Shown here: one piece after another, positions 1 to 10,485 of the stretch
Numbering within the stretch: the first letter of the stretch is position 1
Layout of the letters: each line of letters starts with the position of its first letter
Source: an uncultured bacterium
GTDB taxonomy: Bacteria > Bacillota > Clostridia > Oscillospirales > Oscillospiraceae
Length of the DNA: 64,000 nucleotides
Assembly: GCA_947364395.1 (NCBI GenBank)
Contig: CANASS010000001.1
Coordinates: 42,051-106,050, forward strand
Direction: 5' to 3'
The notes under the pieces: model-generated
Told to the model about the DNA's origin: nothing
Database searches by the model: none
The model's input: the letters and a program-made list of their open reading frames with translations, nothing else
Program-made: the position numbers and the translations under genes

Positions 1-532
1 CGTCAAGGTCCTGGAGCAGTTCATTCATCCACAGGGTGGCCCGCTTGCCCACTGTAACCAACTGCGCGGCCTGGAAATGGGTAAAACCAAGGGTCGGCAA
101 GGATTTATACTTGTCAGAAAATTGTGCCAGCGCACTGAGTACACGGACCAGCTGATCTCTGACTAAAATAAGCCCCTCCCGCATGATGATAATATCGGTG
201 TTGTCTCCCACATAGCAGCTGGTGGCGCCAAGATGAATAATCGGCATGGCCTTAGGGCAGAGTGCTCCATAAGTATGAATGTGGGCCATCACGTCATGAC
301 GCAGCTCCCGCTCTTTTTTCGCGGCCATTTCGTAGTCGATGCCGTCGACATGGGCTTCCAGCTCATCCACCTGCTCCTGCGTGACAGGCAGGCCCAGCTC
401 CATCTCTGCCCGGGCTAAGGCAACCCACAGCCGCCGCCAAGTGGAAAATTTTTTGTCAGGAGAAAAAATATATTGCATTTTGTTGCTGGCATAGCGAGAG
501 GACAGCGGACTTTCATAATTGGATCGATTCAT
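1..532 (-). CDS. purB: Adenylosuccinate lyase (5' part; runs off window start)
   Basis: Manual translation [16 protein letters not shown]...[17 protein letters not shown]...[10 protein letters not shown]...[25 protein letters not shown] upstream. Confidence 0.95.
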   Translation of the reverse strand, partial: MNRSNYESPLSSRYASNKMQYIFSPDKKFSTWRRLWVALARAEMELGLPVTQEQVDELEAHVDGIDYEMAAKKERELRHDVMAHIHTYGALCPKAMPIIHLGATSCYVGDNTDIIIMREGLILVRDQLVRVLSALAQFSDKYKSLPTLGFTHFQAAQLVTVGKRATLWMNELLQDLD

Positions 533-582
533 GGATACACATCACCTTTTGCGTAACTTTTGGAAACTTTCAAAAATTGTCT

Positions 583-623
583 AAGTGTTCGTTTATTATA
601 CCATGATTTCTTTTCCCGCACAA
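583..623 (-). promoter_or_regulatory. sigmaA promoter of purB (TTGTGC-17-TATAAT) with a possible PurBox (ATAAACGAACACTT)
   Basis: Perfect -10 with TG extension; the CGAAC core resembles Firmicutes PurR boxes. Confidence 0.5.
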
Positions 624-675
624 GCAGGTTCAGAAAAAACTTTGACCATACACCATTCTAAGCTCTTGATAATAT

Positions 676-710
676 AAAAACTCCCAGAGCAATAACTGCT
701 CCAGGAGTTT
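676..710 (-). terminator. Rho-independent terminator after tRNA-Gln
   Basis: Imperfect hairpin AAACTCC...GGAGTTT with a T-run on the minus strand. Confidence 0.6.
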
Positions 711-713
711 CAT

Positions 714-787
714 TGGCAGCGGATGAAGGATTCGAACCCTCACAAACAGAGTCAGAGTCTGGTGTGCTACCATTACACTAATCCGCT
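714..787 (-). tRNA. tRNA-Gln (anticodon CTG)
   Basis: Cloverleaf: AGCGGAT/ATCCGCT acceptor stem, CTCTGAC anticodon loop, GGTTCGAATCC T-arm, encoded CCA. Confidence 0.97.
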
Positions 788-818
788 ATCTTGTCGCTCT
801 CTCAAGTGACCATGGGCT

Positions 819-846
819 ATTATACCAGAACAGCGGAATTTGTCAA
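819..846 (-). promoter_or_regulatory. sigmaA promoter of tRNA-Gln
   Basis: TTGACA-16-TATAAT with TG extension. Confidence 0.85.
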
Positions 847-915
847 CCCTTTTTGGAAAAGTTTTTTATAAAAGCGATCAGATACTTTCAAGTGATCCTC
901 TTTATAAAAACCGGT

Positions 916-1674
916 TCAAATCACATGGGCTTTCAGCGTGCCGATTCCTTCGATATCTACCTCGACCATATCGCCGGGGATCATGGGCCCCACCCCTGCG
1001 GGGGTGCCGGTGGCAATCACATCTCCCGGCTCCAGCGTCATGGACGCCGTGATAAACTCCAACAACTGAGGCACAGGCGTGATAAAGTCAGCAGTACTCC
1101 CCTGCTGCATTACCTGTCCGTTGAGCCGGGTGGTCAGCTTCAGCGCCAGCGCCGCAGGGTTCACCTCATCCGTCACCCAGGGGCCGATGGGGCAGAAACC
1201 ATCCATAGATTTTCCGCGGGTCCACTGGCCGTCATGCCGTTGCACATCACGCGCCGTGGCGTCTAGCAGGCAGGTGTAGCCCAGCACATAGTCCACAAAG
1301 TCTTTTGCCTTTACATCTTTTGCGCGGCGGCCGATCACCACTCCAAGCTCTCCCTCATAATCCAGCCGCTCCACAAAATCGGGGGCGTGAACCGCGCCCT
1401 CAGGCCGGTTGAGCGTATTGGCCCCTTTCAGAAACAGCACAGGAAAGCCAGGGGGCTCTGCCCCCATCTCCTTGGCGTGCTCTGCATAATTTTTGCCCAC
1501 GCAGACGATTTTGGTAGGCTCACAGGGCGCCAACAGCTTACATTGACTCAGCGGCACCCTGCGGCCGTCATAGCTAACTCTCTCGTAGGGCGGCTTATCC
1601 AGCGTCAATACCTCGTCTCCCTTGACCACGCCCCAGCAGGGGCCGCCCGGGCAGTCAAAACGCACATACTTCAA
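916..1674 (-). CDS. Fumarylacetoacetate hydrolase family protein
   Basis: KIVCVGKNYAEH, DYEGEL, GKSMDGFCPIGP, GDVIATGTPAGVG motifs. Confidence 0.92.
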   Translation of the reverse strand: MKYVRFDCPGGPCWGVVKGDEVLTLDKPPYERVSYDGRRVPLSQCKLLAPCEPTKIVCVGKNYAEHAKEMGAEPPGFPVLFLKGANTLNRPEGAVHAPDFVERLDYEGELGVVIGRRAKDVKAKDFVDYVLGYTCLLDATARDVQRHDGQWTRGKSMDGFCPIGPWVTDEVNPAALALKLTTRLNGQVMQQGSTADFITPVPQLLEFITASMTLEPGDVIATGTPAGVGPMIPGDMVEVDIEGIGTLKAHVI

Positions 1675-1677
1675 GCA

Positions 1678-2271
1678 TTATTCCTCCAAACAGTCCAAAA
1701 TTTGACCCAGGAGTTCCCCTTTCCCCTCCCCCTTTTCTGCGGAAAAACGGATAAGAGGAATCTTGTCCGGCAGGGCCAGCGTCTCCCGGATCAGCGCTAT
1801 ATTGTCCTCAACCTCACTTTTTTTCAGCTTATCCAGTTTGTTTGCAACCACAAGGAAAGGTTTTTCCGCACTTAAAAACACCTGAGCCATAGTACAGTCG
1901 TCCGTTGTGGGCTTGTGACGTGCGTCCACAATGAGTATTCCCAGGGCCATCCGCTGGGTATCGGCAAACCATGCCTCGATCAGCCGCCCCCATCGGTCCC
2001 GCTCCTGCTTTGACACCTTGGCATATCCATATCCGGGCAAATCCACCAAGTACAGCTTTTGATCGATCAAGAAGTAGTTGATATGAGTGGTTTTCCCAGG
2101 CGCGGAACCCACCCGCGCAAAATTTTTGCGGTTGAGCAATCGGTTGATAACCGAGGACTTGCCCACATTTGATCGGCCTGCAAACACCACCTGAGGAAGC
2201 CCGTCCCGGGGAAAATCCGACGGCTTTGCCGCCGAACGGACGAACTGTGCCATATTCCAGTTCACATTCAT
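1678..2271 (-). CDS. engB: Ribosome biogenesis GTPase YihA/YsxC
   Basis: GRSNVGKSS, DLPGYGY, NKLD motifs; follows lon; start set at MNVNW behind a GAGGTG RBS. Confidence 0.95.
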   Translation of the reverse strand: MNVNWNMAQFVRSAAKPSDFPRDGLPQVVFAGRSNVGKSSVINRLLNRKNFARVGSAPGKTTHINYFLIDQKLYLVDLPGYGYAKVSKQERDRWGRLIEAWFADTQRMALGILIVDARHKPTTDDCTMAQVFLSAEKPFLVVANKLDKLKKSEVEDNIALIRETLALPDKIPLIRFSAEKGEGKGELLGQILDCLEE

Positions 2272-2279
2272 GGTCCACC

Positions 2280-4700
2280 TCACTGGCGCAGATTGACGGC
2301 ATGTCCAGCGGTCCCGGGAGTTCCAGGGATCTGGCAAGACACCTCCGCGCTGGGCACAGGCAGGGTTCCCGCCAGCGCTTGAGCCAACACCTCGTCCACC
2401 TGCTTTACCGGCACAAAGGTGAGCGCCGCCCGCACGGTCTGGTCGATCTCCTCCAGATCCTTGACGTTATCCTCCGGGATAATGATTGTGGTCACGCCGT
2501 TTCGCAGCGCCCCCATGGTCTTTTCCCGCAATCCGCCAATGGCAAGCACCCGTCCCCGAAGGGTGACCTCCCCCGTCATGGCCACATCCCGGCGCACTGG
2601 CACGCTGGTGAGGGCGGATACTATGGCTGTGGTGATGGCAATCCCGGCGGACGGCCCATCTTTGGGCACCGCTCCCTCAGGGAAATGGATATGAACGTCT
2701 TTGGTGCTGTGAAAATCAGGCTCCACCCCCAGAGGGACGGCCCGGCTGCGCACATAAGAGAGCGCCGCTTTCGCGGATTCCTTCATCACATCCCCCAGAT
2801 TGCCGGTAAGGGCAATTTTACCTGTCCCCTGCACCACATTGACCTCCACCTCCAGTATCTCGCCCCCTACGGAGGTCCAGGCCAGGCCATTGACCACGCC
2901 CACCAGCGGTTCCTGGGCGGGTGTGTCATCTAAATAGCGTCGAGCGCCAAGAAAGTCTGTTAAATTCTGATCTGTAATGGATATCTGCTTTACACTTTTT
3001 GAGACAATTTGAGCGGCGGTCTTTCTGCACAGTGCCGCCAGTTTCCGCTCCAGTAGCCGCACACCAGACTCCTTGGTATAGCCGGAAATGAGCACCTCCA
3101 GCCCTCTGTCGCTGATTTTCAGCTGGCTGCGGGAAAGTCCGTGCCGCTTCAGCTCCCGGGGCAGAAGATGGCGCTTTGCGATCTGTACCTTTTCCTTGTC
3201 CGTGTAGCTGGGCAGCTCAATGATCTCTATGCGGTCCAGCAGGGGCCTTGGAATGGTGTCGGTGGTGTTGGCGGTGGTGATGAACATCACATCGGACAGG
3301 TCAAAGGGCAGCTCCAGATAGTGGTCCCGGAAAGTGCTGTTCTGCTCTCCATCCAGCACCTCCAAGAGGGCCGCCGCCGGGTCTCCCCGATGGTCGCTGC
3401 CCACCTTGTCAATCTCGTCCAACAGCAGCACCGGATTAGAGCTCCCAGCCTGCTGGATGCCCGCAATGATCCGCCCCGGCATGGCCCCCACATAAGTCTT
3501 ACGGTGCCCTCGAATGTCAGCCTCATCCCGGACACCGCCCAGGGAAATGCGGGCTAACTTTCGGTTCATGGCCCGGGCCACGCTCATAGCTATGGAGGTC
3601 TTGCCCACTCCCGGCGGACCCACCAGGCAGATAATTTGTCCCTTTAAATTAGGCGCCAGCTGCTTCACTGCCACAAACTCCAAAATACGCTCTTTCACCT
3701 TGTCCAGCCCGTAGTGGTCGGCGTCCAGCGCCTTGGATACCGCCGCCACGCTCACCCGCTCCCGCGTTTTGTTCTGCCAGGGCAGCTCCAGGCAGGTGTC
3801 CAAATAGGTGCGGATCACCGCCGCTTCCGATGAGCTGTAGGGCTGCTTTTCCAGGTGCCTCACCTCTTTGAGCAGCTTCTCCTCCACCTCTTCAGGCAGC
3901 TTTGCCTCGTTGATCTGGCGGCGGTAGTCAGCGATCTCGTCGTCCTCCTCACTGTCCCCCAGCTCCCGCTGAATGACCCGCAGCTGCTCCCGGAGAAAGT
4001 AGTCCCGCTGGCTGGCCGCCACCTGCTCGTGGATCTTCACGGCCAGCTCACTTTCCACCTCTAATATCTCCACTTCCCTGCCCAGAATACGGCATAGCCG
4101 GTCCAGCCGGCGGGCAGGCCTCAGCTCTTCCAACACCGTCTGTTTGTCCTCAAACCGCAGGGGCAGGTTCTGGGCGGCGTAGTCAGCGATGTAGCCTGGG
4201 TCGTCGCTGGCCAGCAGCTTCAAATAGATCTCCGGGGTGACCCGGTCGGACAGCTCAGTATACCGCTCCATTTGGTTATAAATCTGCCGGATCGCCGCCT
4301 CTGTCCGGGAGGAATTGCCCCTGGCGGGGACGGGCTCCATCAAGTATTCCACCTCGGCGGTGATATAGGGTTCTGTCTCCACCAGCCGCAGCAGACGGCC
4401 CCTGCATCGGCCCTCCACCATCACCCGGACGCCGTTTTCAGGCAGACGCAGAATCTGCTTCACACTTGCTACGGTGCCTATGGCGTATAAATCGGCCTGA
4501 CCTGGATTTTCCACCGTCAGGTCCCGCTGCGTCACCAAAAATATCTCACGCTTTTCCCCCATGGCCTCTTCCAGGGCCTGGATGGAAGCGGCGCGGCCCA
4601 CATCAAAGTGGAGCGTCAGCTGGGGAAACACCGTCAGCCCCCGCAGGGCCAGGACGGGAATGGTCGCCGCCGCCGATTCCACCGGTTTCTTATCCGTCAT
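2280..4700 (-). CDS. lon: Lon ATP-dependent protease
   Basis: GPPGVGKT Walker A, LLDEIDK, PKDGPSAG catalytic Ser. Confidence 0.98.
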   Translation of the reverse strand: MTDKKPVESAAATIPVLALRGLTVFPQLTLHFDVGRAASIQALEEAMGEKREIFLVTQRDLTVENPGQADLYAIGTVASVKQILRLPENGVRVMVEGRCRGRLLRLVETEPYITAEVEYLMEPVPARGNSSRTEAAIRQIYNQMERYTELSDRVTPEIYLKLLASDDPGYIADYAAQNLPLRFEDKQTVLEELRPARRLDRLCRILGREVEILEVESELAVKIHEQVAASQRDYFLREQLRVIQRELGDSEEDDEIADYRRQINEAKLPEEVEEKLLKEVRHLEKQPYSSSEAAVIRTYLDTCLELPWQNKTRERVSVAAVSKALDADHYGLDKVKERILEFVAVKQLAPNLKGQIICLVGPPGVGKTSIAMSVARAMNRKLARISLGGVRDEADIRGHRKTYVGAMPGRIIAGIQQAGSSNPVLLLDEIDKVGSDHRGDPAAALLEVLDGEQNSTFRDHYLELPFDLSDVMFITTANTTDTIPRPLLDRIEIIELPSYTDKEKVQIAKRHLLPRELKRHGLSRSQLKISDRGLEVLISGYTKESGVRLLERKLAALCRKTAAQIVSKSVKQISITDQNLTDFLGARRYLDDTPAQEPLVGVVNGLAWTSVGGEILEVEVNVVQGTGKIALTGNLGDVMKESAKAALSYVRSRAVPLGVEPDFHSTKDVHIHFPEGAVPKDGPSAGIAITTAIVSALTSVPVRRDVAMTGEVTLRGRVLAIGGLREKTMGALRNGVTTIIIPEDNVKDLEEIDQTVRAALTFVPVKQVDEVLAQALAGTLPVPSAEVSCQIPGTPGTAGHAVNLRQ

Positions 4701-4766
4701 ACGGGTCACTCCTTTCGCGCTCAAAAGAGGGGCAGGCTGCTGCCCGCCCCTCCAGTACGTTCTATA

Positions 4767-6080
4767 TCAGGACACGTTTCCCCTGGGAGAAGCCTGCCCG
4801 CCCTTTTCCGAGCGCAGCGCCGCCGCGCCCAGCCGGGGCCGCGGGGGACGGCCCTCCTGCCTCTGCACATCCGGCTCACACTCGCCCTGGATGGATTCCG
4901 CCGTGATAGTCACCTTGGCGATGCTCTGGTCGGAGGGAGCGTCGTACATCACCGGGGTCATAACCTCCTCCAGCACCGCACGCAGGCCACGGGCGCCAAT
5001 TTTGCGCTCCAGCGCCTTGTCGGCGGCGGCGTCCAGCGCCTCCGGCGTGAACTCCAGCTCCACATTGTCGTAGTCCATCAGACACTTGTACTGCTTCACC
5101 AGAGCATTTTTCGGCTCGGTGAGGATGCGCACCAGCTGATCCCGGTCCAACGCCTTCAGCGTGGTAATAATGGGCAGACGGCCTACCAGCTCGGGAATAA
5201 TGCCAAACTTCAGCAGGTCGTGGGGCTGGACGGCCTTGAATACATCCTCTTTCTCCCGTTCCAAGGCGGTCTTGACCTCTGAGCCGAAGCCGATGGTCTT
5301 CTTGTCCAAACGACGCTCAATGATCTTGTCCAGCCCGTCGAAGGCCCCGCCGCAGATAAACAGGATGTTTTTGGTGTCGATCTGCAAAAACTCCTGATGG
5401 GGATGCTTCCGCCCACCCTGGGGTGGCACGTTGGCCACGGTGCCCTCCAGGATTTTCAGCAGGGCCTGCTGAACACCCTCGCCGGACACATCCCGGGTGA
5501 TGGAGGTGTTTTCGCTCTTCCGGGCGATTTTGTCGATCTCATCCACGTAGATAATGCCCCGCTGAGCCAGCTCAATGTCGTAGTCGGCGGCCTGCACCAG
5601 CCGCAAAAGGATGTTCTCCACATCGTCGCCCACATAACCCGCCTCGGTGAGGGTGGTGGCGTCGGCAATGGCGAAGGGCACCTTCAAAATGCGGGCCAGG
5701 GTCTGGGCAAAGAGGGTCTTGCCGCAGCCGGTGGGGCCAACCATGAGGATGTTGCTCTTTTGGAGCTCCACATTGTCGCCGCCGCCGAAATAGATCCGCT
5801 TATAGTGGTTATACACCGCCACCGACAGCGCCACCTTGGCGCTGTCCTGACCGATGATATACTCGTCCAGCACCGACACCATCTCTTTGGGGGTGGGGAT
5901 GACATCGGGGATGTCCGGCGCGGCGGGGGCATCGTCATGCTCGTCCCCCAATATGCTCATGCACAGGTGGACACATTCGTTGCAAATATAGGCGCCGGGA
6001 CCGGCAATAATCCGCTCCACCTGCTCCTGATGCTTGCCGCAAAAGGAGCAGCGCACCGATTTGTAGTCGTCTCTTGCCAT
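4767..6080 (-). CDS. clpX: ClpX ATPase
   Basis: CSFCGK zinc finger, [25 protein letters not shown] loop. Confidence 0.98.
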   Translation of the reverse strand: MARDDYKSVRCSFCGKHQEQVERIIAGPGAYICNECVHLCMSILGDEHDDAPAAPDIPDVIPTPKEMVSVLDEYIIGQDSAKVALSVAVYNHYKRIYFGGGDNVELQKSNILMVGPTGCGKTLFAQTLARILKVPFAIADATTLTEAGYVGDDVENILLRLVQAADYDIELAQRGIIYVDEIDKIARKSENTSITRDVSGEGVQQALLKILEGTVANVPPQGGRKHPHQEFLQIDTKNILFICGGAFDGLDKIIERRLDKKTIGFGSEVKTALEREKEDVFKAVQPHDLLKFGIIPELVGRLPIITTLKALDRDQLVRILTEPKNALVKQYKCLMDYDNVELEFTPEALDAAADKALERKIGARGLRAVLEEVMTPVMYDAPSDQSIAKVTITAESIQGECEPDVQRQEGRPPRPRLGAAALRSEKGGQASPRGNVS

Positions 6081-6108
6081 ATTCTGATCTTCCTTTCGGG
6101 AAAGCACC

Positions 6109-6138
6109 AAAGAGCGGAGAGAAAGCCCTCCGCTCTTT
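6109..6138 (-). terminator. Hairpin between clpP and clpX
   Basis: AAAGAGCGGAG...CTCCGCTCTTT inverted repeat. Confidence 0.5.
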
Positions 6139-6146
6139 GGCCGTAT

Positions 6147-6728
6147 TCAGCGATTGGTGATGATCTTGTCGATCAAGCCGTATTCCAGCGCCTCCTGGGC
6201 GGTCATGAAGTTGTCCCGCTCACAGTCGGCTGTCACCTGCTCTACATTTTTGCCGCAGTTATCGGCCAAAATGGCGTTCATTCTCTTCTTGATAATCTCC
6301 AGCCGCTTCATGTGAATGGCCATATCAGTGATCTGGCCCTGGGTCCCAGCAGAGGGCTGGTGAATCATGATTTCGGCGTTAGGCAGGGCCATCCGCTTTC
6401 CTTTGGTCCCGGAGGACAGCAGGAACGCTGCCATGCTGGCGCCCATCCCAATGCAGATGGTGGACACATCGCATTTGATGTACTGCATGGTGTCATAGAT
6501 GGCCATGCCGTCGGTGATGGAACCGCCGGGGCTGTTGAGGTAGAACTGAATGTCCTTGTCCGGGTCCTGGGCCTCCAGGTAGAGCAGCTGGGCTACCACC
6601 AAGGACGCGGTGGTGGCGTTGACCTCCTCACCCAGAAACACAATACGGTCGTTGAGCAGCCGGGAAAAAATGTCATAGGACCGCTCGCCGCGGCTGGTCT
6701 GCTCCACTACATAGGGGACTAAACTCAT
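6147..6728 (-). CDS. clpP: ClpP protease
   Basis: [27 protein letters not shown]. Confidence 0.98.
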   Translation of the reverse strand: MSLVPYVVEQTSRGERSYDIFSRLLNDRIVFLGEEVNATTASLVVAQLLYLEAQDPDKDIQFYLNSPGGSITDGMAIYDTMQYIKCDVSTICIGMGASMAAFLLSSGTKGKRMALPNAEIMIHQPSAGTQGQITDMAIHMKRLEIIKKRMNAILADNCGKNVEQVTADCERDNFMTAQEALEYGLIDKIITNR

Positions 6729-6843
6729 GATGCTTCTCCTTTCAGATGGGGGAATGTAAGTCACTCCCGCCGGCGCTGGCTATTATGCCCATCCGGCGCC
6801 GGCCGTTATTCCCTCCCGCTCTCAAAAAGGCGCGGTTTTCCGC

Positions 6844-8184
6844 TTATTCCTCAGTCGTCTCCGCCTCTTCGGCGCTCTCCTCAGCCTTATCCGCCTTTTT
6901 AGCGGCCTTCTTCGCGGGCTTTTTCACCGAGTCCTTCACCAGCTCCAGCGCCTTGCGGACCAGCAGATCATGGCGCACGTCGTCGGGGTTCACAACGGCC
7001 CTGACCTTGTCCACTTCCATGCTGTACTGCTCGGCCATCTTGCCGATCTCCTCGTCCACCTCGGCGTCGGAAATCTCAAAGCCCTCGGCGGCGGCCACGG
7101 CCTCCAAGGCCAGGTCGCTGCGCACGGCGCGCTCAGCGGCAGTCTTGGACTGGGCCCGCATATCGTCCACAGTCATACCCATCATCCGCAGGTAGTCCTC
7201 AAAGCCGATGCCCTGGCTCTGGATGCGGTTGGCGTAGTCCTCCAGCATCTTGTCGCCCCGGTAATCCACCATGGCTTGGGGCACCTCGCACTCCAGCTTT
7301 TCCAGCAGAGCGGTGATAACGGCTTCCTCGAACTCCCGGCCAGCCTGCTCCTGACGGCGGGCCTTCAACTTCTCGCCCAAGTCCTTTTTGAACTCCTCCA
7401 GGGTGTCGAACTCGGACACGTCCTTGGCGAACTCGTCGTCCACCTCAGGCTCCTGCTTCTCCTTCACCTCGTGGACCTTGACCTTGAACACCACCTGGGC
7501 GCCGGCCAGTTCGGGGGTATAGTTCTCCGGGAACGTGATGTCCAAATCCTTCTCATCGCCCGCCTTCATGCCGATGACCTGATCCTCAAAGCCGGGAACG
7601 AAGGAGCCGGAGCCCAGCTCCAGGCTGTAGTTCTCGCCCTTGCCGCCCTGGAAGGGCTCGCCGTCCTTGAAGCCCTCAAAGTCGATGACGGCGGTGTCTC
7701 CCTTCTTGGCCTTGCGCTCCACGCTCACCAGGCGGGAGGCCCGGTCGATGTAAGGCTTCAGCTCCCCCTTGATATCTGCGGCGGACACCTTCACCTCGGG
7801 CTTAGCCACGGGCAGGCCCTTGTAGTCCTGGATGGAGGCCTCGGGCTTAACGGTGACGGTGGCCTTGAAGGTGAAGCCGTCGGCGGTGGCCTCCAGCACC
7901 TCCAACTGGGGATAGGCCACGGGCTTGATGCCGGTTTCCTTCAGCGCGGCCTCATATGCGTCGGGATAGGCCAGGGAGATGGCGTCGTCATAAAAAATCT
8001 CGGCGCCATACATCTTCTCCACCATCTTCCGGGGGGCCTTGCCCTTGCGGAAGCCGGGGATGTTGATGCGGTTCTTCTGCCTGTTGTACACCTTGTCAAT
8101 GGCGGCCTGGAACTCGGCGGCGCCGACCTCGATCACCAGTTCAAAGGCGCTGTTTTCTGTTTTCTCGTTGCTCTTGATGTTCAT
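6844..8184 (-). CDS. tig: Trigger factor
   Basis: GFRKGKAP signature, FKBP domain; precedes clpP. Confidence 0.97.
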   Translation of the reverse strand: MNIKSNEKTENSAFELVIEVGAAEFQAAIDKVYNRQKNRINIPGFRKGKAPRKMVEKMYGAEIFYDDAISLAYPDAYEAALKETGIKPVAYPQLEVLEATADGFTFKATVTVKPEASIQDYKGLPVAKPEVKVSAADIKGELKPYIDRASRLVSVERKAKKGDTAVIDFEGFKDGEPFQGGKGENYSLELGSGSFVPGFEDQVIGMKAGDEKDLDITFPENYTPELAGAQVVFKVKVHEVKEKQEPEVDDEFAKDVSEFDTLEEFKKDLGEKLKARRQEQAGREFEEAVITALLEKLECEVPQAMVDYRGDKMLEDYANRIQSQGIGFEDYLRMMGMTVDDMRAQSKTAAERAVRSDLALEAVAAAEGFEISDAEVDEEIGKMAEQYSMEVDKVRAVVNPDDVRHDLLVRKALELVKDSVKKPAKKAAKKADKAEESAEEAETTEE

Positions 8185-8290
8185 GGTTTATTCCTCCAAG
8201 CTCGGCCCGCCGGAACGCCGCTGGGCCTTCTTTCTAAATAATCCAACCTATTCTATCAGATAGGCGCGGATATTTCCACTGTTTTTTTGT

Positions 8291-8980
8291 TTATTCCAAA
8301 ATTTTTTTTGGACGGAATCCGACAAAGTCCGCCGCCACCAGGTGATAGTCCACGCCGCCCTGTGCTCCCTCCACCGCCAGCCGATGGCTGGGGCCGTGGA
8401 GATGGCCGTAGCAGCAGATTTTCACCCCGTACCGCTCTAAAAGTTCTATGATCTCCTGGCAGCGGTAGCTGCGGTACAGGGGCGGATAGTGGAGAAAGCA
8501 GACTTTCTCCCTCTCCCCCGCCGCCTTCAGAGACGCTTCCAGCCGGATCAGCTCCCGGTTGAACACCTTTTCCCAATGGGGCGTGCCGTTTTCCTCAAAA
8601 AACCAGCCCCGGGTACCGCACAGCGCGGTTTCGCCATAGAGGGCGCAGTTGTTGTGGAGAATATGGAGGCGGTCGAACCCATTGGCCTGAAAAAATGCGT
8701 TCATCTTGGCCGCAGTGTTCCACCAGTAGTCGTGATTGCCCTTAAGCAGCCACTTCTCCCCCGGCAGCTCGCTGTTGAGAAAGGCAAAGTCCTCCCTGGC
8801 TTCCTCCAGGCTCATGCCCCAGGACAGATCCCCGCACAACACCACTGTGTCCGTACTCCCCACCGGGGCAAAGCCCTCCCGGAGCTTGTCCACGTAGCCC
8901 TCCCAGCCGCCGCCGAACACATCCATGGGCTTGTCAGCCCCCAGGGACAGATGGGTATCACCGATGGCGTAGAGAGCCAT
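8291..8980 (-). CDS. Calcineurin-like metallophosphoesterase
   Basis: DTH, GDLS, GNHD, GHLH motifs. Confidence 0.88.
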   Translation of the reverse strand: MALYAIGDTHLSLGADKPMDVFGGGWEGYVDKLREGFAPVGSTDTVVLCGDLSWGMSLEEAREDFAFLNSELPGEKWLLKGNHDYWWNTAAKMNAFFQANGFDRLHILHNNCALYGETALCGTRGWFFEENGTPHWEKVFNRELIRLEASLKAAGEREKVCFLHYPPLYRSYRCQEIIELLERYGVKICCYGHLHGPSHRLAVEGAQGGVDYHLVAADFVGFRPKKILE

Positions 8981-8991
8981 CCCATCACCTC

Positions 8992-10485
8992 TTATTTCAG
9001 GAAATTCAATACGCTGCCCTGCATGGCGGTCTTGTCCACCGCGCCATCAAAGCGACGGCGGCGCTTTTTAAGCCGGGCCAGCGGCATAGGCGTGGGCACG
9101 CCGGTGACCTCGGTGAGCTGATCCAAAATTTCCAGCCCGGCCTTGTGCTGCTTGACCCCCAGGGCGTCCAGCACGCTGTTGCAGAACTTGAAGGGGCTGG
9201 CGGTGGACACCACCACAGTGGGGGTATCGTCTCCCGTGTCCTCCCGGTACTCCTCCAGCACATGGAAAGCCACGGCGGTGTGGGGGTCGATGAGGTAGCT
9301 GCGTTCGTTCCACATCCTGGCGATCATGGCCTTTGTCTCCTGGTCATCGCAGTACCCGGCGCTGAACTCCTTCTTCAGCTTGGTGCGGATGGAGCTGTCA
9401 ACCCGGTAGCTGCCATACTCCGCCAGCTGGGACATGTACTCCCGCACCAGCCGGTCGTCCCGGCCGGACAGCTCAAACAGCATCCGTTCCAGGTTGCTGG
9501 AGATCAGAATGTCCATGGAGGGTGACAGGGTGTTATAGAAGGCGCGGTTGCGGTCGTAAGTGCCGGTGTTGATGAAGTCGGTGAGCACGTTGTTTTGGTT
9601 GGAGGCGCAGATCAGCCGGTTGATGGGAATTCCCATGGCCTTGGCATAATAGGCCGCCAAGATATTGCCGAAATTGCCGGTGGGCACGCACACGTTGACG
9701 GTCTGGCCCTTGGAGATGGCCCCGGCCTTGAGCAGGTCGCAGTAAGCGGAGGCGTAGTACACGATCTGGGGCAGGATACGTCCCCAATTGATGGAGTTGG
9801 CGGAGGACAGAAAGTACCCCCGTTCCGCCAGCTCCGCCGCCAGAGCCTCGTCGGCAAACAGCGTCTTTACCCCGGACTGCGCGTCGTCGAAATTGCCCAC
9901 AACGGCGCACACGCCCACGTTGCCCCCCTCCTGGGTGACCATCTGGAGCTCCTGGATCTCGGACACCCCGTCCTTGGGATAAAACACCAAAATTCTGGTC
10001 TTATCCACGTTGCGAAAGCCCTCCAGAGCGGCCTTGCCCGTGTCGCCGGAGGTGGCGACCAGAATACACACCGTCTTTTTCTCGTCGTTCTTCTCCAGGG
10101 ACGCGGTCAGCAGATGGGGCAGGACCTGGAGCGCCATGTCCTTAAAGGCGCAGGTAGGCCCGTGCCACAGCTCCAGGCAGTAGGTGCTGTCGTCCAGCTT
10201 GACCACCGGGGCGATGTCCTCGCTGGAGAACTTCCCGCCGCCGTAGGCCTCAGCCGCGTAGGCGGTGAGCTCGGAGGCGGCAAATCCCTCCAAAAAGCTG
10301 TTCATGATGTACACCATCCGCTGCTGGTAAGACATCTCCTTCATGGTCTCCACAGCGGAGGCGGGCAGGCGGGGCAGCACCGCCGGAGTCAGCAGGCCGC
10401 CGTCGGGGGCCAGTCCCTTGGCGATGGCCTGGGACGCGCTCATGTGCAAATCTTTATTTCTCGTGCTCAGGTAATTCATGGTCAT
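8992..10485 (-). CDS. thrC: Threonine synthase
   Basis: HGPTCAFKDMAL PLP lysine, ATSGDTG, PTGNFGN. Confidence 0.96.
   Translation of the reverse strand: MTMNYLSTRNKDLHMSASQAIAKGLAPDGGLLTPAVLPRLPASAVETMKEMSYQQRMVYIMNSFLEGFAASELTAYAAEAYGGGKFSSEDIAPVVKLDDSTYCLELWHGPTCAFKDMALQVLPHLLTASLEKNDEKKTVCILVATSGDTGKAALEGFRNVDKTRILVFYPKDGVSEIQELQMVTQEGGNVGVCAVVGNFDDAQSGVKTLFADEALAAELAERGYFLSSANSINWGRILPQIVYYASAYCDLLKAGAISKGQTVNVCVPTGNFGNILAAYYAKAMGIPINRLICASNQNNVLTDFINTGTYDRNRAFYNTLSPSMDILISSNLERMLFELSGRDDRLVREYMSQLAEYGSYRVDSSIRTKLKKEFSAGYCDDQETKAMIARMWNERSYLIDPHTAVAFHVLEEYREDTGDDTPTVVVSTASPFKFCNSVLDALGVKQHKAGLEILDQLTEVTGVPTPMPLARLKKRRRRFDGAVDKTAMQGSVLNFLK

Noticed and set aside
405..430. Apparent frameshift early in purB
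   Set aside because: Re-reading gives CTG TGG GTT GCC TTA GCC CGG in frame. The gene is absent from the ORF track only because it runs off the window.
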